From an uncultured delta proteobacterium (lineage in GTDB: Bacteria; Myxococcota; Myxococcia; Myxococcales; Myxococcaceae): a stretch of 64,000 nt of DNA. The position numbers and the translations under genes are program-made. Positions within the stretch are counted from its first letter, which is position 1, and each line of letters opens with the position of its first letter. Shown here piece after piece: positions 20,362-29,591 of the stretch. The notes beneath the pieces were generated by a model that did no database searches, was not told the origin of the DNA, and worked only from the letters and a program-made list of their open reading frames with translations. The stretch covers positions 192,001-256,000 of the forward strand of contig CAVQKE010000004.1 of NCBI GenBank assembly GCA_963713045.1, given 5' to 3'.

Positions 20362-22164
20362 CCGCCCAGGAAGCCGCCTTCAACCGCGAGGCCATCGAGG
20401 CCCTGCAGCCCATCCATCCGCCGCCGACGACCATTCTGGAGCAAGTACCTCTGGTCGCTCGACCACAAGGTCATCGCCAAGCAGTACCTGTGGGCCGGGC
20501 TCCTCTTCCTCCTCATCGGCGGAACGCTGGCGATGATGATTCGCTGGCAGTGGGCCTTCCCCGGTCGAGCCGGTGCCCATCCTCGGGCCGCTGTTGCTCA
20601 ACTCGGGCGGGGTCATTGGCCCGGCGCTCTACATGCAGGTCTTCACGATGCACGGGCTGATAATGATTTTCTTCGCCATCACGCCCATCCTCATCGGCGA
20701 CCTTCGGCAACCTACTCATCCCACTGATGATTGGCGCGCGGGACATGGCCTTCCCGTGGCTCAACGCGCCCTCCTTCTGGGTCTTCGCCCTGAGCCAGCT
20801 GTTGGTGATCGGCTCCTTCTTCGGCAGACCTGGGCGCGGCGGGCGCGGGCTGGACGACCTACCCGCCGCTCTCCACCAACATTGGGACGCCGGGACTGGG
20901 CAGACGTTGATGGTGGCGGCGATCTTCGTCACCGGCGTCGCCTCCATCATGGGCGGCATCAACTACATCACCACCGTCATCCGGCTGCCGGGCGCCGGGC
21001 ATGACGTACATGCGGATGCCGCTGACCGTCTGGGGCCATTTTTCTGACGGCCATCCTCAACGTGCTCTTCGTTCCGGTGCTCGGCTCGGCGCGCTTCTGC
21101 TGCTCCTGATGGACCGGCTTTTTGGGACCCAGTTCTTCATCGCCGGCGCCGCCGCGGTGAAGGGCGGCGGTGACCCCATCGTCTTCCAGCACCTGTTCTG
21201 GATTTTCGGTCACCCGGAGGTCTACATCCTCATCCTTCCGGCCTGGGGCATCGTGGCCGACCTGCTCGCCTTCTTCTCCCGAAAGCCGGCCAACTGGTAC
21301 AAGGGCACCGTGTCTTGGCGATGACCTCGGTGACCGTGCTCAGTGCGGTGGTCTACGGCCACCACATGTTCCAGACCGGGATGAATCCGATGCTGGGGCA
21401 GGGCTTCATGACCCTGACCCTCATCATCAGCGTGCCGGCCGAGATGCTTTTCCTCAACTGGCTGCGCACCATCTGGAAGGGGTCCATCCGGCTCACCTCC
21501 CGATGCTCTTCTCGCTGGCGATGGTGTTCGTCTTCGGCCTCGGCGGCCTCACGGGCTGTACCTTGGCGCCGCCTCGCCGGACATCTACCTGCACGACACC
21601 ATGTTCGTGGTCGGGCCACTTCCACTTCACGATGGCCGCGGCTTCATTCATTGCCTGTTGCCGGCATCTACTTCTGGTACCCGAAATGTTCGGGCGCGAT
21701 GATGAACCCGACCTCGGGAAGATTCATTTCTGGTTCAGCGTCGTCGGCATCACCGCGGTCTTCGCCGGCCAGCTGATGGTCGGCTACGCGGGGCAGAACC
21801 GACGGCTCTGGAACCCATTCGCCTATGACATCTTCAAGCCGCTCCAGGCGCTCAACCGCTGGACCAGCTACGCTGCCTTCATGCTGTTTTTCGCGCAGCT
21901 CGTCTTCGTCTGCAACTTCCTCTACAGCATGTCAAGGGAAAGAAGGCCGGGGCCAACCCGTGGGGGGTCGGGACGCTGGAGTGGTCGATTCCCTCGCCGC
22001 CGCCGGTCCACAACTTCGACGACATTCCCGTCGTTCACCGGGGACCGCACGAGCTATCCGAATCCGACGTGGAGGCGCAAACTGGGCCGCGACTGGGTGG
22101 GCCAGGCGAAGAGCTGCGGCCGAGGCGCCGGGCGCGTCCCGGCCCGGCTCAGGGCGCCACGTGA
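20358..22164 (+). CDS. coxA: Heme-copper oxygen reductase subunit I, A1-type (multiple frameshifts; end approximate)
   Basis: [55 protein letters not shown] pair, NPW...TLEW. Confidence 0.88.
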
Positions 22165-22167
22165 GAC

Positions 22168-22763
22168 ATGGCGCACAGGCGGTGTCATCCGCTACCGCCG
22201 CGCCGCGGCGCGCGCGAGAGGACACCGCGTGGCTGGGGATGCTCATCTTTCCTCGGCAGCTGGGCGATGATGTTCGCCTCGCTGTTCTTCGCTTACGGCG
22301 TCCTGCGTTTTCGGCAGCCGGCTGGCCGCCTCCAGGGACGCCGCAGCTGCCGCGCTTTTTGCCCGCCTTCAATACCGTGGTGCTCGGCCCTCAACGCCCT
22401 GGCACTGCAGCGCGCCTTGGCTCTGCCAGGCGCGCCGCCCAGAAAAAGACCGCGGCGATTCGGTGCGTCGGTCTCCTGGTCCTCGGGCTGGTCTTCCTCG
22501 GCCTTCAATGGTCCTCTGGACGAACCTCCTCGGTCGGGCCTGGAGCTCGAGGACGGCTCCCTGGCAGCAGTGGTGTACGGGCTGACCGGGTTTCACGCGC
22601 TGCACGTGCTGGGCGGCCTGCTTGGCCTCGGCCTCTGGTCCCAGCGGTGAGCAGCGGGACGCTAAACGCGGCGCGGAACAACCGGCTCCGTCTGTGGGTG
22701 ATGTACTGGCACTTCGTCGGGGTCGTTTGGCTGACCATGTACCTGCTCATTTTCGTCGTCTAG
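22168..22763 (+). CDS. Second heme-copper oxidase subunit III-like protein (frameshifted)
   Basis: WLGMLIFLGSWAMMFASLF; YGLTGFHALHV; YWHFVGVVWL. Confidence 0.8.
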
Positions 22764-22775
22764 AGAGGTCTACCT

Positions 22776-23725
22776 GTGCGCTGCCTCACTGTCGCGCTGG
22801 TTTCTCTTCTCCTGCTCCCCGGCTTGCAGCCGGAGGACGCGACCTTCACCGCGCCGCAGAAGCTGGCGGGGAAAACGGTTTCGGCCGACGTCCTCAATAA
22901 GGGCCGCGTCCATTACCTCCAGTACTGCCGGCCTTGCCACGGTGACAAGGGCGATGGACGCGGCCCGTCTGCACCGGCTTTCGGCCGCCGCCCGCAACTT
23001 CACTCAAGGCGAATTCAAATTCGGCTGGGTGCTGGACCAGAAGCTGCCGCGCGACGAGGACTTGGTCCGCATCGTCAAGAAGCCCTGCACGGCACCGCGA
23101 TGCTGGGCTGGGAAGTTCCGGACGACTGAGCTGACGGCGATTATCCAATACATCAAGACGTTTTCTGACGCCTGGAAGGACGACGACGCGGTGGGGGAGC
23201 CAGTGGTGCCCGACAAGGACCCCTGGGTGGGCAAGGAATCCGCCGCCATCGCCCGGGGCAAGCTGCTGTACCATGGCTACACCCAGTGCCTCACCTGCCA
23301 CCCGGCCTACGCCACGCCGGAGGAAATCAGCGACGCCTCGAAGCAGCTGAGCGGTCAAGCCGAAGACGGACTTCCGCCCAGCGATGTACCAGCCCGAACT
23401 CAAGGACAGCGACTACACGGCCGCCGGGGACTTCAAGGTGAAGCTTTTGCCGCCGGACTTCCTGGTGAACCCCGTCAAGTCTCCGCGCGATGACTCACAG
23501 CTGGCGGACCTCTACCGTCTCTTGGTGGCGGGCGTGACGGGTGCGGCGATGCCGGCCTGGGACCCCAACGTCCTTCCCGAGAAGACGAGTGACGTCTGGG
23601 CACTCGCCTACTACGTCCGTTCGCTGATGCAGCTGCGAGGGACGACGGCCGGACTCGCCCTGCGTGCGAAACTCAACGCGATGCCACAGCCGGCACCCGC
23701 CGAGGTGAAGGGCGGCCCGCGCTAG
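22776..23725 (+). CDS. Diheme cytochrome c, paralogue of 17653-18444 (frameshifted)
   Basis: CRPCH and CLTCH; RNFTQGEFKFG...LPRDEDL; HGTAM; GVTGAAMPAW. Confidence 0.8.
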
Positions 23726-23757
23726 CCCCGCGCTAGCCCTGCGCTGGCCCTGCGCTA
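23719..23757. repeat. 11-bp tandem repeat (GCGCTRGCCCY x3.5) at the end of the respiratory block
   Basis: GCGCTAGCCCC-GCGCTAGCCCT-GCGCTGGCCCT-GCGCTA. Confidence 0.7.
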
Positions 23758-23818
23758 CACCAAGCTGCCACGCTGACCGCCTGGAGGCCAGAAGTACGGC
23801 TTGCCCAGGCAGATGCGC

Positions 23819-24658
23819 TCACCAGCGGAAGAGTGCCTCGGCGTTGTCATGAAACACTTGGGCTTGCTCCTGTGGGCTGAAGCCCAGGTGCCGGACGCTG
23901 GCCACCGCTTCATCCAGGCTTTTGAGGGGCCAGTCGGAGCCGAAGAGAATGCGGTCCACGCCGACCTCCCGGCACACCCACAACAGCTGGGTGGTGAAGG
24001 GCGAGTCCGAGTAGAGGGGCGCCAGGCCGGAGAGGTCAAACCAGACATTGCGCGTGGTGAAAGGGTGCAAGTCGAGGACGCGGAACAGCAGCACGTCGGT
24101 AAAGCGCACGCCGCCGAAGTGGGTGAGGACCAGTCGCGCCTGGGGGAGGGCCAGCGCCAGCTTTCCGACTTCGTAGGCTGCGTCCGGCCACCATCCCTCG
24201 ATGTACACCACCAGCTTGAGCGCGGTGGCGCGAGCCACCAGGGTGCGCACTTCGGGTAGGGCGAGGTCCAGTCGTTCCGGGGAAAGCTTCACTCCGGCGA
24301 AGCCCAGCGCCGCCACCCGTTCCATCTCTCGGAGGGCGGCGTCGCTGTCGGTGCTGGGCAGCGCTGCGACGGCGAAGACGTGTCCCGGGAAGGCCTGGGC
24401 AAAGGCCGCCAGGTTGTCATTGCCCTGACGGACGCTGGCGGCGTCCGCCGCCGGGGGCGGCACGGCCAGCAGCACCACCCGCTCGACATGGGCCTGTGCC
24501 ATCTCCTGTGGCAAGTCCGCTGCCTGCTGTCCGGAGGGCCGGTGCAGCTGGCCGGCGGAGTCGTAGTGCGCGTGCGCGTCCACCAGTGGCCCGGCAAACG
24601 GCGCCGCGCACCCCATCGGTGCAAGCAGCAGCAGCCATGCGGCGCGCGTCCGCTTCAT
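23819..24658 (-). CDS. Amidohydrolase_2-family protein, probable lipoprotein
   Basis: APMGC lipobox-like, DAHAH, GVKL, THFG, ILFGSDWP. Confidence 0.8.
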   Translation of the reverse strand: MKRTRAAWLLLLAPMGCAAPFAGPLVDAHAHYDSAGQLHRPSGQQAADLPQEMAQAHVERVVLLAVPPPAADAASVRQGNDNLAAFAQAFPGHVFAVAALPSTDSDAALREMERVAALGFAGVKLSPERLDLALPEVRTLVARATALKLVVYIEGWWPDAAYEVGKLALALPQARLVLTHFGGVRFTDVLLFRVLDLHPFTTRNVWFDLSGLAPLYSDSPFTTQLLWVCREVGVDRILFGSDWPLKSLDEAVASVRHLGFSPQEQAQVFHDNAEALFRW

Positions 24659-27055
24659 TCGTCACGCAGGGTGATGCGTGTCACGCCGTCACCCCCTTGG
24701 TGGGCTTCGCCCGCCTGGTGGTTTTGGACGTAGGGCGAGGCCGACAGTGCGGCGCGCAGCGCCTGACGCAGGGCGCCAGTGCCGTGCCCGTGCACCACCA
24801 GCACAGCGGACTGGCCGTCGCGGAAGGCCTTGTCCAGAAAGCCGTCCACCTCGCGCAGCGCCTCGTCGGTCCGCAGCCCCCGCACATCCAGGCGCGGGAC
24901 ACCGCCTTCCAAGGGGGCGGGCGCCGCCGCCTGGGCGCGGGCCTCCGCCGCCTGTCGACGCGCCGAGGCGCCCAGGCGGTGGGGTGAAGCCTTCTGCTGG
25001 GGAGCCGTCAATAACTGCAGCGGCACCCGCAGCTTGAGGGCGCCAGCCGTCACCACCGCTTCCTGCCCCTCCAGCGCGAGAAGCTCCACGTCCCGGCCGA
25101 GGCCCAGGTGGTGCAGGCGGGCGCGCACCTCCAGCGCCGCCGGCGTCTGGCTGTGCGCGCGAGCCCGGGCGACACGGCTGGTCTCCGCCCTGGCGCGCGC
25201 CTGTTGGGCTTGCGCCTGAAGCTGCATCTTCACAGCCTCGGCCCGCTCCAGCGAGGCGGTGGCACGAAGCTCTGCCACCAGCGCCGTCACTTCCGTGAGC
25301 GAACGCTGCGCTTCCTCGGCCAACGCTTGGCTGTGCTGGGCCTCGCTGGCCCGCGCTGCTTCCTCCGCGGCCACGGTTTGTGCCTGCAGCTGAAGCGCAC
25401 GCGCCGTCGCCTCGGCCGCCGCTTCTCGGGCGCTTTGGGTGGCGGTGGCAAGCGCGCGGCGCTCGGCTTCCAGGGCAGTCAGTGCCTGGGAAAGGGGGCC
25501 GCCCGCGCCAGTGGCCAGGGCCCGCGCCCGGGCCACGACGTCCGGCGGAAGGCCCATGCGCTCGGCCAATTCAATCGCCGAAGAGCTGCCGGACTGGCCC
25601 AGTTGAAGCCGGTAGGTGGGCGCCATTCGCCGGGCGTCGAAACCCACCCGGGCATTCAGAAAGCGGCCATCGACATGGGTCAGGGCCTTCAACTCCTCCA
25701 GGTGGGTGGTGACCAGGGCTCGCGCGCCGCGGTTGAGAAGCTCCTCCAACAGGGCGATGGCCAGTGCCGCGCCTTCCCGCGGGTCGGTGTCGGCAGCAAT
25801 CTCGTCAATCAGGACGAGGCTGCCCGGGCCGGCCGCCTCGGCAATGCGCTGTAACTCGGCAAGGTGCGCGCTGAAGGTGGACAGCCCAGCGCCCAAGTCT
25901 TGGGCGTCCCCCACGGCCGAGTGGACCGAGGCGTAAAGGGGGACTCGGCTGCCGGGAGCGGCCGGGAGCGGCAGCCCGGCGCGCAGCATGAGGCTGCAGA
26001 GGCCCACGGCGGTCAGCGTCACGGTTTTGCCCCCGGCATTGGGGCCGGAAATGACGAGGGCGCGGACCTCTCCGGTCAGCTGCACGTCATTGGGGACAAC
26101 CTCCACCCCACGCAGCACCAGCAGCGGGTGGCGCAGTTGAAGGAGGGAGAGGGGGCCGTCGGCCGGTTCCAGTTTCGGCGGGGCCGCGTCCAGAGGCCTG
26201 GGCCAGCTTCGCTGCGGCCTCCGCCTCATCCAGCTGGGCAGCGGCGGAGACGCCAGCAGCCAGGGCCTCCGCCTGGGCGCCCACCCGGGCGGACAATTCA
26301 AGCAACACCCGGCGCTCCTCTTCCAGCACCAGGGACTCGGCAATGGCCAAGTCGTTGCCCAGGCCCACCAGCTGCTGCGGCTCGACAAACAGTGTCTGTC
26401 CAGTCTGGCTGGCGTTGTGGACAATGCCCGGCACTTCGGCGCGGTCCTGGGCCAGGACGGGCAGCACGTAGCGCCCGTTGCGCACCGAGTAGTAGCCCTC
26501 GCGCAGGTGGACGGCGAAGGAGGGCTCGCTCAGCAGTGTCTCCAGCCGGCCCTTGAGGGCGCGGTGCAGTCCCCGCACCCGGGTGCGGGCCTCTCGCAGC
26601 GTGGCGCTGGCACGTTCCGAGACGGTGCCATCGGCTTCGAGGCTGTTGTCCAGTCGCGCGGCCAGCGCTTGGAGGTCCGGGAGGGCGCGCCCAACAGCGG
26701 CCAGGCCCGGCAAGGCCTGCTCCCGCAGGGCCAGCACGGCAACCGTGCGCGAGAAGGCGAACAGCGTGCGCGCCACCGCCTGCAGCTCGCCCGGCTCCAG
26801 AAGCGCCCCTCGGGCGGCGCGCTCCGCCTTCTCGCGGACGTCGAAGACGGCCTCCAGCGGCAACGCCTCCCCTTGGGCCAGAAGCCCTCGGGCTTCCTCC
26901 ACCAACGCCAGCGCCGTCCGGATGCTGTCTGCGCCGTCGAGGAAGGCACGGGCGCGAGCCCGCTCGCGCCCGACGTCCGTCCGGCAGCGTGCGGCCAGCG
27001 CGTCCAGCACGTTTGCGTAGGCGAGGTCGTGCAGCGTTCGCGCGGAAAAGGCCAA
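24655..27055 (-). CDS. mutS2: Endonuclease MutS2 (frameshift near 26170)
   Basis: GIVHNASQTGQTLFVEP; ISGPNAGGKT; LSTFSAH; LIDE; TTH; C-terminal Smr LDVRG...HGHGTGAL. Confidence 0.9.
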
Positions 27056-27140
27056 GGCGCCCTCTGGTGTCAGCTGTCTCTCGGTGCCTTGTCAAGCGGT
27101 TGAGACCGTCCACCGGGCTCTGCTAGGAGCGCCTTTCCTC

Positions 27141-27833
27141 GTGATGCGTCTGGTCCCCATGCTGAGCTTTCTTCTGGCGGTCCCGGCCAACGTGCCGGCG
27201 CCTCCGGGCGTGGCGGCGGTGCTGGCCCTGGAGCAGTCAGGCCATGACGAGGCGGCGCTGGCGCTGGCGGAGGCGTTGTCCCGGGGCACGCCGCCTTCGG
27301 CCTTGCCCCACCTGGAAGCCGTGCGGCTGGGGCTGAAGCTGGGCCGAGAGCCAGCCACCCTCGAGCCGCACCTGCAGGCGGCGCGCGCCTTGGCGCCGGA
27401 CAATCCGCGGGGGCGCTACCTGGCGGGCGTTCTCAAGGAGGGGGAGGGCGATGACGCCGCGGCCCGCGCCCTGTACCTGGAAGCCATTTCCCTGCGCCAA
27501 AGCTACACCGAGGCGCGCTCGCGGCTTCTGGCGCTGGCCATTCGAGGCCGGGACTGGGCGCTGGCCGAGGTCCAGCTTCGGGCGTTGTTGGTGCTGGGAG
27601 AGCGCTCCGTGGGCAAGCGCCTGGAGCTGGCACGGGTGTTGGAGGAAGGCGGCAAGCTGTCCCAGTCCGAGACGGTGCTGTTGGCGCTGCACTACGAAGC
27701 GCCCGGCAATGCCACCGTCACCGCGGCGCTGGCGGACTATTACCAAAGGCACAACCGGATGCAGGAGTCGCTGGCCCTGCGCCGCTCGGCCCCGGAGAAG
27801 AAACTCCGCCCGCTGCCGCCGTCGCGGCGCTAG
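27141..27833 (+). CDS. TPR-like secreted protein
   Basis: Signal-like N-terminus and helical repeats (ALAPDNPRGRYLAG...AARALYLEAI). Confidence 0.6.
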   Translation: MMRLVPMLSFLLAVPANVPAPPGVAAVLALEQSGHDEAALALAEALSRGTPPSALPHLEAVRLGLKLGREPATLEPHLQAARALAPDNPRGRYLAGVLKEGEGDDAAARALYLEAISLRQSYTEARSRLLALAIRGRDWALAEVQLRALLVLGERSVGKRLELARVLEEGGKLSQSETVLLALHYEAPGNATVTAALADYYQRHNRMQESLALRRSAPEKKLRPLPPSRR

Positions 27834-27847
27834 CGTGGGCGCCCAAG

Positions 27848-29026
27848 ATGGGCGTGAAGACGGGACTGGACGTCTGGGCCGCTCACGGCTTTCGCGCGCT
27901 GCGCGGGCGGAAGGTGGGTGCCATCTGCAACCCCACCAGCGTGGACGGGCGCTTCCACCACCTCGGCGACTTGTTGGCCGCCGCGCCGGACGTGACGCTG
28001 TCGGCCCTCTTCGGCCCGGAGCATGGCGTTCGCGGTGAGGCGCAGTACATGGAGGCTGTCACCTCGTCCGTGGACGCGCGCACCGGCGTCCCGGTGCATT
28101 CCCTGTACGGTGCCGACGCCGGGTCGCTGCGGCCTCGGGCCGAGTGGCTGGATGGGCTGGACGTGGTCCTCTTCGACGTCCAGGACGTGGGGGCGCGCTA
28201 CTACACCTACCTGGCCACCATGGCGCTGGCCATGGAGGCCTGCGCCAAGGCCGGGGTGGCCTTCGTCGTGCTGGACCGGCCCAACCCGCTGGGCGGGCTG
28301 TTGGTGGAGGGAAACCGCGTCGCGCCCGGCTTTCGCTCCTTCGTCGGGCTGTACGACGTCCCAGCGCGCCATGGGCTGACGGCCGGAGAGCTGGCACGGC
28401 TGGTGGAGGCCGAGCAGCGCTGGGGGACGGAGCTGACGGTGGTGCCCTGCGAGGGCTACACCCGCGCCATGGCCTGGGGGGACACCGGGCTGCACTTCAT
28501 CCCGCCCTCGCCCAACATGCCCACGGTGGACACCGCCCTCGTCTACCCCGGCATGTGTCTTCTGGAGGGCACCAACCTCTCCGAGGGACGCGGGACCTGC
28601 CGGCCCTTCGAGCAATTCGGCGCGCCTTGGCTTCAGGCGCGGGCCGTGGCGCAGGCCTTGCTCGCCTTGCAGCTGCCCGGCCTGGCAGTTCGGCCGGTGT
28701 CTTTCACTCCCACCTTCGACAAGCACCAAGGTGTTTCCTGCGCCGGGGGCTTTCTGCACGTGGTGGACCGGGCCGCCTTCCGGCCGGTGCGCACCGGGCT
28801 GGCGGTGGTGACGGCGGCCCGGGGCCTCGCCCCGGCGGACTTTGCCTGGCGAGCGGACGCCTATGAATTTGTCCGCGGCACTCCGGCCTTTGACTTGCTG
28901 TGCGGGACCGACAGTGTCCGACTGGCGCTGGAGGCGGGCGCTTCCTTTCCGGACACCGCACGCCTTCTGGACGATGCGGCGCAGGCCTTCGTCGAGCGGC
29001 GCCGGCCCTATTTGCTTTACGCTTGA
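27848..29026 (+). CDS. Exo-beta-N-acetylmuramidase NamZ family (DUF1343)
   Basis: LFGPEHG, SLYG, FDVQDVGARYYTY, LDRPNP, PSPNMP, SEGRGT..PFE. Confidence 0.9.
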   Translation: MGVKTGLDVWAAHGFRALRGRKVGAICNPTSVDGRFHHLGDLLAAAPDVTLSALFGPEHGVRGEAQYMEAVTSSVDARTGVPVHSLYGADAGSLRPRAEWLDGLDVVLFDVQDVGARYYTYLATMALAMEACAKAGVAFVVLDRPNPLGGLLVEGNRVAPGFRSFVGLYDVPARHGLTAGELARLVEAEQRWGTELTVVPCEGYTRAMAWGDTGLHFIPPSPNMPTVDTALVYPGMCLLEGTNLSEGRGTCRPFEQFGAPWLQARAVAQALLALQLPGLAVRPVSFTPTFDKHQGVSCAGGFLHVVDRAAFRPVRTGLAVVTAARGLAPADFAWRADAYEFVRGTPAFDLLCGTDSVRLALEAGASFPDTARLLDDAAQAFVERRRPYLLYA

Positions 29027-29034
29027 GGCGAGGC

Positions 29035-29580
29035 ATGGACGTCGCACTCATCGGCGGCTCCTTCAACCCGCCCCACGTCGGGCATCTCCTGGCGGCCCAC
29101 TTCGTCAGAGCCACTGAGGCGGTGGACGCGGTGTGGCTGGTCCCGGCGGACCACCACCCCTACGGCAAGCAGCTCGCCCCCTTCCAACACCGGCAGCGGA
29201 TGTGTGAACTCCTCTGCGCTGACACTCCGGAGTGGCTCCAGGTGTCGGATGTGGAGCACCGCCTGGGGGGCCGAGGCCGCACGGTGGACACCCTGCGCCA
29301 TCTGGTTGCCAGTTACCCCGCGCACCGCTGGACGCTGGTGCTGGGAAGTGACCTGTACGCGGACTTTCCCAACTGGAAGGAGCCCGAGGCCATTGCTTCC
29401 ATGGCGCGTCTGTTGGTGCTGAACCGCGCCGGCCACCCCTCCCCAGCGGCGGTGGGCCCGGCCATGGCGCACGTCTCCAGCAGCGAGGTGCGCGAGGCGC
29501 TGGCCGAAGGCAAGGACGTGACGCACCTGGTCCCGCGTGCGGTGCTGGCCTATGCCCTGGCGATGGGCCTCTACCGGTAG
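29035..29580 (+). CDS. nadD: Nicotinate-nucleotide adenylyltransferase
   Basis: GGSFNPPHVGH, TVDTL, LGSD, WK, VSSSEVR. Confidence 0.9.
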   Translation: MDVALIGGSFNPPHVGHLLAAHFVRATEAVDAVWLVPADHHPYGKQLAPFQHRQRMCELLCADTPEWLQVSDVEHRLGGRGRTVDTLRHLVASYPAHRWTLVLGSDLYADFPNWKEPEAIASMARLLVLNRAGHPSPAAVGPAMAHVSSSEVREALAEGKDVTHLVPRAVLAYALAMGLYR

Positions 29581-29591
29581 GCTTTTCCTGG

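Noticed and set aside
20358..22164. Subunit I as a nitric oxide reductase or cbb3-type oxidase
   Set aside because: GHPEVY with the cross-link Tyr, D-channel residues, a CuA subunit II and subunit III genes indicate an A-family O2 reductase.
23719..23757. Tandem repeat as a CRISPR remnant
   Set aside because: 11-bp units with no spacers and no cas genes.
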